Positions 39,910 to 50,559 of a DNA stretch of 64,000 bases are shown here, piece by piece. The stretch is from the human T2T-CHM13v2.0 reference genome, Homo sapiens. Where the stretch lies: assembly GCF_009914755.1 (NCBI RefSeq), contig NC_060936.1. The stretch is one strand, 5' to 3'. The translations under genes and the position numbers were made by a program. Under the pieces are notes generated by a model. It saw only the letters and a list, made by a program, of their open reading frames with translations. It searched no databases and was not told the origin of the DNA. How positions within the stretch are numbered: position 1 is the stretch's first letter; every line of letters begins with the position of its first letter.

Positions 39910-41385
39910 TCAACTCAAGGCCATCAGGGGTTGGGATTCTGTCCCAAGGGCCCTTCAGCCCTCAGGGCAGTCTTGTCTCAAGTGGTCAAGCTTGTGGCAG
40001 AGGGGACAAGCCATACAGGGTTTGTTCCCATTTACCCCATTGGGGCAGCTTGCCCTCCAGTGGCCTGGCTTCCCACACCAATGGCAGTTACCTGGGGGAG
40101 TATTCCCAGGGCAACCTACTGGGGCAAGTGAACTTGTAAGGCAGCCAATAGTTGAAGCTGCCACCTTTCCTTTTGCATCTTTTTTTTCCTGAGCCCTTCC
40201 CTCTTCCTTCCAGCCCCAGTTGTAAAAGACTGAGGAAGCTATTTTGAGGATGTCAGGCATAACGATGTTGGGGCCCAGTGATAGTTTTCAGAATTTCTTC
40301 TGAATATCTGGGGCTGCTTGCATTAGCAAATAGCCCTTTAGGACAAGTTGCCCTTCTGGTGTTTCTGGGTTTAGGTTTCATGAGGGCATCTTGTAGCCTC
40401 TCAATGAATATTGTGGGGTTTTCAAGAGGACCTTGATTTATTAAGGACAATTTATTATAGTTTACTGGATTTTTTCTGCTAGCTCTGTCTCTCAATTAAA
40501 CCAATGAACACATGGATTCTTGCCCAAATACCCGCCCTGGGTATTGCAATCCCTGTTGGGGTCAACCTGGGAACTGTGGTGGCCCCTACAGAGTAGCCAC
40601 CAGGGTTAATCATTTGCATTGCATTTGCAAATCGCTGGGCTGCCTCCATAATGGAGTCACATTCTCCCTTGGAAAGTGGCCCAGTATAACTGTGAGGTTC
40701 TTCCAAGTGAGCTCAAATGTTAGGCCCAGTTTACGGAACCCTTCAATGTATTTGTCAGAGTCATCCATACACTTTCCTAGTTTGCTGTAATCTGTCTCAG
40801 ATCTTGCATAGTGAATCGAGCCTGAACCCTAGTGGGCCAGCTGGGACTGCTAACGTCCTGAAGGGAACATAAGCCAAAGGGGAGGTGTTCTGAGAATAGC
40901 TCTGATTAGGGAGGGAAAGGCTCCAGGATTTTGAAAGACTTGGATATAATGAGTTAGAAGGGGCCGTGGGGTTTAAGCTAGGTTCTGCCTTTTGCTCTTC
41001 TGGGATTTGAGCTCTGGGAAAGACTGATAAAGGGAATCTTAGACTAACCAGAGGAGGTTGCTGAGTTTGGCTGATACTATAGCTGGATCAGTGTATAAGC
41101 CCAACGAAGGTCAGGGTTGTTTCCTAGGTCCACAAAAGCCTGCACACGGGATTTCTGTCCATTTCCTCTGCTAACAGCAAAACAATTCCAATTGATACAT
41201 CATATTAAAATTTATGCTTCCTTTTACAGCCAAGATTTCTGGCCCCAGAGCTTGTATCGAACCCATGCTATGTTACAGAAAAATATTAGCCTTTTTTTCT
41301 TTGGAGTTTGAGGGTCAAACTTTTTCCAGTTCTTGAGGATATATCTGAGAGGCATGTTCTGTGGTATGGAGATGCAATTACCCAT
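39910..41385 (-). pseudogene. gag: ERV gag, disrupted
   Basis: MGNCISIPQNMPLRYILKNWKKFDPQTPKKKRLIFFCNIAW start; CA ...KYIEGFRKLGLTFELTWKN; MHR QGPLENPTIFIERLQDALMK; two CCHC knuckles; in-frame TGA before pro at 39910-39912. Confidence 0.95.
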
Positions 41386-43174
41386 TTGTAAAGAAAGAAC
41401 AGAGGAGAGAAGGGGAAAAAAGGCACCCCCTTTTACTTCCCTATTATCCTTGAATAGGGCATTTGTCTTTCACCCCTGGGATTTCAGAATGAGCCAGTCT
41501 CACCGGGTACCCTTAATTTTCGTTCCATCTTGTTTTAAGGAGGCACGATTATCCACTTGAGAACAGAGGGCATATGGGAATCAACAAAGGCCCTCTAATC
41601 ATCCCTGGGGTTCCAGAATGAACTGGTATCACCGGGTACCCTGAACCTTACCTTTACCTCTGTTCTAATGGTAATCTGTTCTGTGCCTGTAGCCTCGCAC
41701 CAGCCTTCATCTCTGTCCTATGGATAATTTGGTTTCCTGTGTTTTTGGCCTCAGGTAGGCCTATATGCTTGACTCTAGGACCTTGCATTGACCCTTGTCC
41801 GGAGAATCCTAGCAATGAAATAATTTCCCATCCTTTTGTGTTCCCATTCCCCAGGTCCTTTCAGGCAGATGAGGACCCTGTTTCCAGCCAAGAGCCGTAA
41901 TGAGGCTGGGCTCCCTTTTTCTCTGAATAGCCTTGCCTTGGCAATCTTTGTTGATGTTGAGAATGAGTTGGAGAACGTCAGAAGAAAATAAGAAAATGTT
42001 ACCCTTGATAGGCAATGTGCAAAAGAAGTGTTTAAAATAAGCAGGGCAACCCCTCTGTAATAGGCAGATAGGGAAGGAAGCATTGGGGATGCTCATGGAA
42101 AGCTCTTGTGCTTTCACAGAAACACCAGCTTCTGGTCCCTAGAGAGAGTGCTTGTCAGCATTCTTGACATAAAGTAGAAAGCTCTGGAGAACCAGAGAGT
42201 TTGGAATAAGAGCTCTCATCAGGCACAGAAAAAAAAATGCTTATTCACCCCCAAAAAAAACTAGCCCCAGTATTGAGGTAGGGAATGTCCTTAGTGGACC
42301 ACAAATGGAGGTTCTGTGAAAGTTGATAAAGCTCTTTAAGAACCAGCAGAAAACTAAGTCCTGGAACATGATGGGGATAAAGAGTGAATAGTAAGTAACC
42401 AGGAGTTGACAAAACCAGGGCTCCCACCAGTGCTTGTTTTGACAGTGAGCCAAGAGGCAGGAGATGGGCTGGAGATCATCTGGACTGGGGGAGTAAAATC
42501 AAGTGCAGATCTCCGGGGACACCAATAAAGGTTTCCGCCTCTTGGTTGCCAGGCAGACACAACAAGGGCTGCCAGCACACAAATGACAAACAGAGAGTGT
42601 ATGTTTCAAGCAGGAAAAGAACTTGCAAGCACACAGTGAGAGCAGATAGGAGGATGATTTGCCCTTGAGGCCAATATTCCTGCCAGTGTGCAAGGCCATT
42701 TCAGAGTACAGAGAAAAGAGCAGGAAAATAGATGGTGCAGGTGCAGGTTTAGGGAAAGAGCTGACTTTAGCTGAAGGAGAAGCAGGGAAGTTCCCCAGAA
42801 ATTTCACAGTGCAGGCTTAGCTCCACCACCCTTGCACACTCCCTGTTGGGAGGGGCATAGTAGTTTAGGACCCTAAACTCCTCCCACCTCTGTGAGTCAC
42901 CCATCAGGATGACCTGAGAAACCAGAGGGAACAGAATCACTGTGGCCAAGGGGAGTGCTTCTGGGGAACAGTTTGTAGGTAGGAGAAAGGCAAAGGGAAG
43001 TGAAAAAGGAAAAGAAAGAAATAGGCAGGAAGAAGAAAAAGGGGAGAGGAAGGGAAAGCAAAAGGTAGGAGACAAAAAGGAAAAAAGAGAAAGGAGAAGA
43101 AACCACATACAAGAGTTTGAATGCCTCTAGTGGAAGAACGTGAGGCATTGCAGGGCCTTACCACTAGATGATGG

Positions 43175-43192
43175 ATCTGAGTCATGGCACCG
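43175..43192 (-). promoter_or_regulatory. Primer-binding site, tRNA-His
   Basis: Minus strand CGGTGCCATGACTCAGAT matches 15/18 of TGGTGCCGTGACTCGGAT; two mismatches are CpG decays; lies 5 nt from the LTR edge. Confidence 0.88.
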
Positions 43193-43197
43193 AAATA

Positions 43198-44002
43198 CAT
43201 TACCAGCTGGTGAGCTGTCCGAAGAAACTCCAGAGTGGCAACTCTGCAGCAAACTTGGTCGTTTGACTTCTCAACGCAGAGAATTCAAATGAGAGACACA
43301 GGCAAGGTTTAAAGAAGGAGAGAGAATTTCTTTTAAGCAAAGTGAGAATTTATTAGAGAAAGTAGGATACTCTGGGAAGAAGGCCAAGTGGATGACTTGA
43401 AAAATTGACTTCCCTGTTCTCTTTTTTGTTTAGACTCTAGAGATTTTATACCCCATAATGTTTCCCAGGCTCTCTATCTCCTCCCTTTCTTCCCCTGGGC
43501 GGGCTGTTGCTTAACTGTTGCATATAAGGTGGCCTGCCAGCACTTGTCAGGGGCCACATGTGCAGTGTGTTTACTCAGGCCCTGTACATACTTGTTAGTG
43601 GCAATTCACCCTTACTGGTCAAGTACACCCAGAGGAAGGTCATATCATATACTGGTCAAATTCTGCCATCTTCTACCCTTTTACTGGGCATGCTTGAAAC
43701 CTTATCAGGAATTATGGCTTACTAACTCCAGGTTTTCTGTCTGTTGCAACACTCCTGTCATTCCCAGTACCAGTCATGGCCAGTTATTATCTCAGAGGGA
43801 TAGTTTTATGCCCACCTGTCTTTCACTCAATGAGATACCAAGGAAAAAAGAGAAAGGAGTCCCTCCCTGGGGTACCTCCCTTTTTCCTGCTCATTATTTC
43901 AGAGGGACAATTTATAATCGTCTGACTGTGACTTGATAAATGCCCAGCATTCCCAGGCACTGTCTTTCCTGCCCTGCTCATGTCTAGCTACCTGCTCTAA
44001 CA
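43198..44002 (-). mobile_element. 5' LTR, 805 bp, MER66-like
   Basis: Minus strand begins TGTTAGAGCAGGTAGCTAGACATGAGCAGGGCAGG; contains gtaaacacactgcacatgtggcccctgacaagtgctggcaggccac; TATAAAA 43444-43450; AATAAA 43349-43354. Confidence 0.85.
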
Positions 44003-44005
44003 GAC

Positions 44006-44469
44006 TGTTAGAGGTTGAATTGTGTATTCAAAAATATGTGTTGAAGTTCTAATCCCTACTCCTTAAGAATCTGATCTAATTTAGAAATAAGTCTCCTGTA
44101 GGTCTAATTAGTTAAGTTAAAATCAGGTCATACTAGAGTAGTGTAGAGCCTTAATCCCATATTACTGGTATCCTTATAAGAGGAAGGAAATTTGGTCACA
44201 GAGACAGAGACCAATATAAGTATAATGCCATATGATGAAAGAGGCATAGATTGCTGTGAGGTGCCTTTCTGCCAAGGGGTGCCAAGGATTAATGGTTATT
44301 AGAAGCCACAAACAGGAAGGTAGTATTCTACCCAGAGTCTTCAAAGGAGCATGAGCCTGCCGACATCTTGAATTTGGACTTCTAGCCTCCAGAACTGTGA
44401 AAGAATAAATTTCTGTTTTTTACCACCCAGTTTGTGACACTTTGTTGGAGTAGCCCTAGAAGACTAATA
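44006..44469 (+). mobile_element. MLT1B/C 3' LTR (partner of 35643)
   Basis: tgttagaggttgaattgtg ... ggacttctagcctccagaactgtg ... gactaata; shares aaggattaatggt and ttagttaagttaaaat with the left LTR; possible TSD atatt. Confidence 0.9.
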
Positions 44470-44608
44470 ATATTTAAAATATCAGACTATACTTTTAGTT
44501 ATGGTGGGAAGTATAAATCCCAGTTTATTACTCTTATGTGGCTAGCTATTTTCCCAGCAATATTATTTAATAGTACATTTTTCACACATGCATACACATA
44601 AATTCTTC

Positions 44609-44716
44609 TAACTCTGAAATTGAGTCCTACAAGTTACATATCATTTTATTTTGTCTACTTTTAACTCTGAAATTGAGTCCTACAAAAGTTACATATTATT
44701 TTATTTTGTCTACTTT
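44609..44716. repeat. 53/55-bp tandem duplication
   Basis: taactctgaaattgagtcctacaa(aa)gttacatat(c/t)attttattttgtctacttt x2. Confidence 0.95.
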
Positions 44717-44719
44717 TAA

Positions 44720-46400
44720 TAATAATTTTATGGTAACTGTAATTTTATAATGTGTCTTAATATTCTATCCCTCTTCTTTCTCCTATTTCAAATTTTCTAT
44801 TTTGGGCTTTTTGCTTCTCTATATGAATATTTGGCTTAATTTATCAAATTATGTATTATAAGTTTATAATATTTATAAGAATCTATAAAATTGAAAACTT
44901 TAAAGAATTTGATTTAATTGTAAGTTATATTGAAGAAATAAACATCTTTGCTATATTAAGTCTTACCATTTACAAATCAGATACATCTCCATTTTATATT
45001 TATTTCTTATTTTGACTATTATTCATTAGAGTTTAATGTTTCTTCATTGAATATTTTGTATCTTTTGAAATGTTTATTCTCAATTACTTTACAGTTTCTC
45101 TTGCCACCATAAGTTGTATATCCTTAAATTATAGTTTTGAACTCTTAATTGCCATTGGAGAAGTAGTACACTTGAAGTAATATGTATAGGTACGTACTAT
45201 GTGAACTTTCTTGTTAGTATAGTTGCGCTTTTCAGATTATTTTCAATTTCTTTGTAGAAAATGTTATGTTCATATAATAGTCTTCTTGAAGTGCTTTCCA
45301 ATTATTATGCTATGAATATATGGTAAATCATATGGGTCTAGTTCTTTGTCTTAATTTTATTTTCTGCATAGATTTGCAATTACTAATTTAATTTATCTTA
45401 GAGTCATATATCTATAACTACTTTCAAATTATGATTCAGATTTTATCATTATATATGTCCAAGGAAAGTTTTCATTTTATACAAATTATCAAATGTGAGA
45501 ATTATCTACTGTATCAAACATCATATCCCATTTTCTTACTATACCCTTTCCTAATAGACCTTCATATGTATATACATATTATATATATGAGGGTGTATTA
45601 GACACATACAAGTCAAGCATGTTTACTTTTCTTGGTGAATATTCCTTTTATCATTATTATAGGGATCTTTATTAATCCTATTATTTTCTGTTTACTTCAA
45701 GTATGTGCGATTATTCTCATTTTCCAGCTATCTTTGGGTGACTAAGGGTCTGGTAAAACTTTTTATTTTTTTAATGGTCATATAATAATATTTCATTTAT
45801 ACCTTTTATACTAAGTATAGCTGGATATTGTTTAACATTCAATTTCGGAGTTTGTGTCCACTGCAAGTCTATAACTTTATACATACTGTGAAGAGATTTA
45901 GGTTCTATTATCCTCTGTTGCCTCTAATTGAATTTTAAAATTTCTCTCCTTTCTCCTTAATTTTTTTCTATTGATAAAACTTACAAATTACATCTTGGGT
46001 TTTTAGTGGTTATTTAAAACCTTTAAAATGAATAATTGACTACCAACATATGAAGTTATTTATTATTTCTATTATCTGAAGCCATAAAAATAACTCAAAT
46101 ATCTTAAACAAAATAATTTCCCTCACATATCTTTCATATTACCTTTTTTAGGACAACAACTTTTAAAATAACAACAACAACAAATTAGCAATTATTATTA
46201 TTGTTTTATGAACAATGTCTTCTTGGACTTACATGTATGTATATTGAGTTATTTACTCACCTTACTTTATTGTTTCTCTACATCTTCTGTATTTAATATT
46301 TTGTTTTCTTATGTACGTTATTCTCAATTCATTCAACATGGATGTGAATGTGCTCATCTATCTTCTTATAGAAGATTTAGTTACAACCTGAACCCAAGGA
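44720..46400 (-). mobile_element. Very old L1/HAL1-like fragment
   Basis: T-rich antisense L1 motifs (acatctttgctatattaagtcttaccat, cttggtgaatattcctttta). Confidence 0.5.
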
Positions 46401-47179
46401 AAGAGAATGACAAATTTTCTGTGGTCTTTCCAAAAGTATAGATGCATTTTATTAGTCTATTTTTATTAAAATTGCAGCCCAATGAGGACCCATGTTTTCT
46501 AGTCATTTCTCCATTCTAATTCTTACTTTATGGAAATATAAGATCCCATATTATTTCTTCACAGGATATTGGATTTGATCACCACAGTCCATTAAATCAC
46601 CTGGACTCGTACTCAGGTTTCCATCTAACTTTATGCAAGAGTCCAAATGCCCATTTTTATGCTTCCTTCAGTTTTTAATTTAATCTATTCTTCTTATGAC
46701 AACACACTCACTTTTTATCTGAAACTAAAGTTGGTAATAAATAGCCGAATTTGTATGTAAGCAAGAAAATAGCTACAATTATTCTCAAATGTAGCCTTGT
46801 CTCCTTTACGTTGCTCTATTTTTCTTTTTATCCATGTCACTTATCACATACAAACATACTAGACCATTGACTCATTTATCTTATAAGACTATTTTCTTCA
46901 TTTGGTATTCCATCTCATATTAAAAGGTGAGCTCCATGAGTATAGCGAACTTATCTGAATTGTTCATGATGCAACAAAAACCTTTGGATGCTATTCAAAT
47001 GTACGTGAAGAAAAACAAATATTTTAATAAATGGATTTCAAGTAGTTGCTCAAGCATATAATAAGCCTTGGAAATCCTTTTGAGGTTGTTGGCTTAGTTA
47101 AAACAAAATATGAATCATATTAATAACTTCAAACTGCTCAGTTATTAATTTAGGTTATATGTTTAAGTAGGTTTTTAAG

Positions 47180-48490
47180 ATAAACTTTTTAGTTTACAAT
47201 GTTTTTAGATTTACAGTAAAAAATGAAAAAAAGTTCCCATATCCTCCACACTCTGTTTCTTCTATTATGAATATCTGACATTCGCAGTCAACATTCATCA
47301 CAATTAATGACTCAATACTGACACATTACTATTTAATAAAGTCCATACTGTATTCAGATTTCATTAGTTTTTCCCAAATGCTCTTCGTTTTCTCTAGGAA
47401 ACCACAACATATTTTAGGCTTCATGTCTCTTTAGACTTCTCTTGGCTATCACAGTTTCTCACATTCTGTGTTTTCGATGGCCTTGATAGTTTTGAGTATT
47501 GGGAAATTATTTTGGAAGATGTACTGTAATTCAAATTTGTCTGTTGTTTTTCTCATTAGACTAGATTTATGGGTTTTTAGGTGAAATAACTCAGAAACAA
47601 AGTGTTACTTTCATTATAACATATCAAATGTTTATTTTATCTAGATGCTTTGTGACTGTGAATGTTTACTTTGATCACCTGGATGAAGTAGTGTTTGGGA
47701 CATCTCTTCACTTTAGAGTAACTCTTTTCCCCCTTTCCATACTGTACTCCTGGAAAGAAAGTAAAAATGTGCAACCCACACTTAAGGAGTGGGGCAATGT
47801 GTGAATTATTTATTTTTTAATTTAAATTTTATTTTTATTTTTTTCAAAGAAGGCATTTTGTTCTGTCACTCAGATGGTGTTAAGTGTTGTTATCATAGCT
47901 CACTGCAGCCTTGAGCTCCTGAACTCCTGCCAAGTACACCACCGTGCCACGCTATTTTTTTCTATTATTTTTAGAGACAGGGTCCCACTGTATTGCCCAG
48001 GCTGTTCTTGTACTCGTGGCCTCCAGCAATCCTACGGCCTCTAGGGATCCTCCTACCTCAAGCAATCCTCCTGCCTCAGCCTTCCTAGTAGCCATAAAGT
48101 ATTTCTAATTCTTCTGCAAAGGCATTTGATTGTTCTTCCTCACTCATTTGTTTATCTAACCCTTTATTTATATCGGTATGGTCTCAGGGGTGTTTATGGT
48201 TTGCATTATAATCCAATACTACTACATTTGTTTCACTGCTCATATCAAATCAGCTTTGGCCATTAGGAGTTCCTTTAATTGGTCATGTCCTTATAACGCA
48301 ATATCAGTGTGGAGTGTTTGTTTATTTATTTAGCACTTCCTTACTTTCTATCTCTAAGTAGTGATCCAGGATCACCTTGTATATGTCCTTCCCCAGTCCT
48401 AGAATCAGCCATTTCCCCAAGAAGCACTGGTTTCAGTATTTGTAGAATGCTATTAGAAATCAAGTGTTAGGTACCAGTTCTGCTCACACA
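47180..48490 (-). mobile_element. L1MC4-like 3' end, interrupted by AluJ
   Basis: ttttagatttacag, aaagtccatactgtattcagatttc, cacttaaggagtgggg, cccagtcctagaatcagccatttc. Confidence 0.85.
47806..48093 (-). mobile_element. Rearranged AluJ
   Basis: atcatagctcactgcagccttga, gagacagggtc...ttgcccaggctg; internal deletion and 18-bp triplication. Confidence 0.85.
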
Positions 48491-48549
48491 TACAGTAGTC
48501 AACAACAAGCAATGCTCCATATCCTGGAAGAATTAAGGTAAATTGCTAA

Positions 48550-48722
48550 AATATATATATTTTTTTCTTATAAATATTTTAAATATATGTTAATATTCAA
48601 ATATTTAAGTTTGTGTTAAATATTTAAATTTGTATTTAATAGTGTATACATAAATATATAATATGTTATTAATAACTTGTATATATGTATACATATATAC
48701 ACATACATACAAAAACACACAT
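48550..48722. repeat. AT-rich / (TA)n low-complexity tract
   Basis: Directly visible. Confidence 0.8.
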
Positions 48723-49427
48723 AGATTGCTGAATTCTCAACCTATATTTGAATTGACACACTGATTAATGGTAATACTTTAAAAATTAACAATAAAATAT
48801 AGTAATTTGGTATGTATGAGATATAGATTTGAGGGGAAAGGAGCAGATTTACATTGTCAAATAATTGAGGAAAAGTTAGTGAGTAGTATTCATAAGGAGA
48901 ATAAATGTGAGAATTTTCCCACAATGAGTACTTAGCTAAAAAGAAAAAAGTATGTTTATCTTCCTAGCTTTATACTTAGACTTAACATTGAAACTATCTT
49001 CTAGGCAAGAGTCCCCACAATAGTTTTAATAATCTTTGAATGCATTAACTGTCCTCTATACTTACAAGTTTTAATTTCATCTACAATATTATATGACAAA
49101 AATGGACATATATTTCAAGTTTTTTGAATGGTTAAATGGTAAACCATAATATTAATGATCTTTGCCAGCATATACATAGTTTCCTACAAGTTAGGTTGTT
49201 CATAAAATATTTTATTTTAACTGTGACAATCATACTTTCTCAATTAGACAAGAATAACTCAAGTTCATTGCAAGTTTCTGATTATATTTGAACTATGACA
49301 AAAATAATGTTTTCTATTAGCATATATTATCCAATTGGGATAATACATATAATTTTTAAAATATGGTTAGATTAATAAATACAGACCATATATAGAGAGA
49401 TAAATAAATTCATTAGAACCTTTTTCT

Positions 49428-49719
49428 GGCTGGCCACGGTGGCTCACGCCTGTAATCCCAGAATTTTGGGAGGCCGAGGTGGGTGGATCACCTGAGGTCA
49501 TGGGTTCGAGACCAACCTGGCCAACATGGTGAAACCCGTCTCTACTAAAAATACAGAAATTAGCCAGGCATGGTGGTGCATGCCTGTAATCCCAGCTACT
49601 GGGGGGCAGAGGCAGAGACTTTCTTGAACCCAGGAGACAGAAGTTGCAGTGAGCCGAGATCTTCAACTGCACTCCAGCCTGGGTGACAGAGTAAGACTGT
49701 CTGAAAAAAACAAACAAAA
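49428..49719 (+). mobile_element. Alu (AluSx-like)
   Basis: Full dimer; TSD aacctttttct at 49417-49427 and 49720-49730. Confidence 0.97.
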
Positions 49720-50478
49720 AACCTTTTTCTAATTTATAGTTGGTCAGCAAGTATTTCCAAAAGCAAAAGCTATATAAATATTGAAGAATATTTTCCATTT
49801 GAAATATTATTATCTGTCTGAAGCAAAACTTCTAAACATTGGAAATGAAAAGCATTATTTTTCTTTTCTATTTTCCTTTGAGCAATAAACGTGGCTCCAC
49901 AAAGGCTTGAAATATAATCTTATTAAGATCTTCCTGCTTTATCATAATATATATCAAAATGGTAACCAATTAATGAGCAAACTATTATATGTACAATAGT
50001 TATATATACTGTTTATTATATATAACAATTTATTACTGTTTTTTGTCTTTTCAAAATACAAAAGATTAAGTGGGAAATTTATACTTCTTGTAATGAGTGA
50101 TTACCTTTTATCAGACTTAAAATTTTGTGAAAAATTGTAAATGCTGAACAATTTTTAAAAGAAATCTGTTGAATGCATTTGTTTTTAAAAATAGCAAGCA
50201 GAAACTGGTGAGATTTCAATCTTAGAAAGAAAGTAAATGTACAGAGTGATGTTCATATTTGTACAACTTTTCACATGAGGCTACTCTCTAGTATGCACTG
50301 AACCAAGCAAACAAACTTAGAGAAATCCGTTTCTTCTGATTTCTGAAATTAGAAGTCAGAATACTGTGGCTACTGGAACTGCTAAAATTTGAGAGGAGGT
50401 GCTTGCCGAAAATTCCCCAAAAGGGGTTCCCAAAAACATGCTTATAAACTCAACCCAATATTTTGTTGGCACCTGAAT

Positions 50479-50479
50479 A

Positions 50480-50522
<43 letters not shown>
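50479..50522. repeat. (TAAA)n tetranucleotide repeat
   Basis: About 11 pure units. Confidence 0.95.
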
Positions 50523-50559
50523 GTAAAATAAAAACTGGATAAACTAAAGAACAAATGAG

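Larger units (their letters stand above)
36355..44002 (-). mobile_element. Class I (ERV1, gamma-like) provirus, env-less, with MER66-like LTR and PBS-His
   Basis: LTR-PBS-leader-gag-pro-pol-LTR remnant in order on the minus strand; 4-bp TSD gact at 36351-36354 and 44003-44006. Confidence 0.95.

Noticed and set aside
36355-43260. Dating the provirus from LTR-LTR divergence
   Set aside because: Only ~70 bp are comparable and many differences are at ancestral CpGs, so any age estimate would be unreliable
44609-44716. Direct repeats as a CRISPR-like array
   Set aside because: Two adjacent copies, no spacers, no cas genes, and a eukaryotic context
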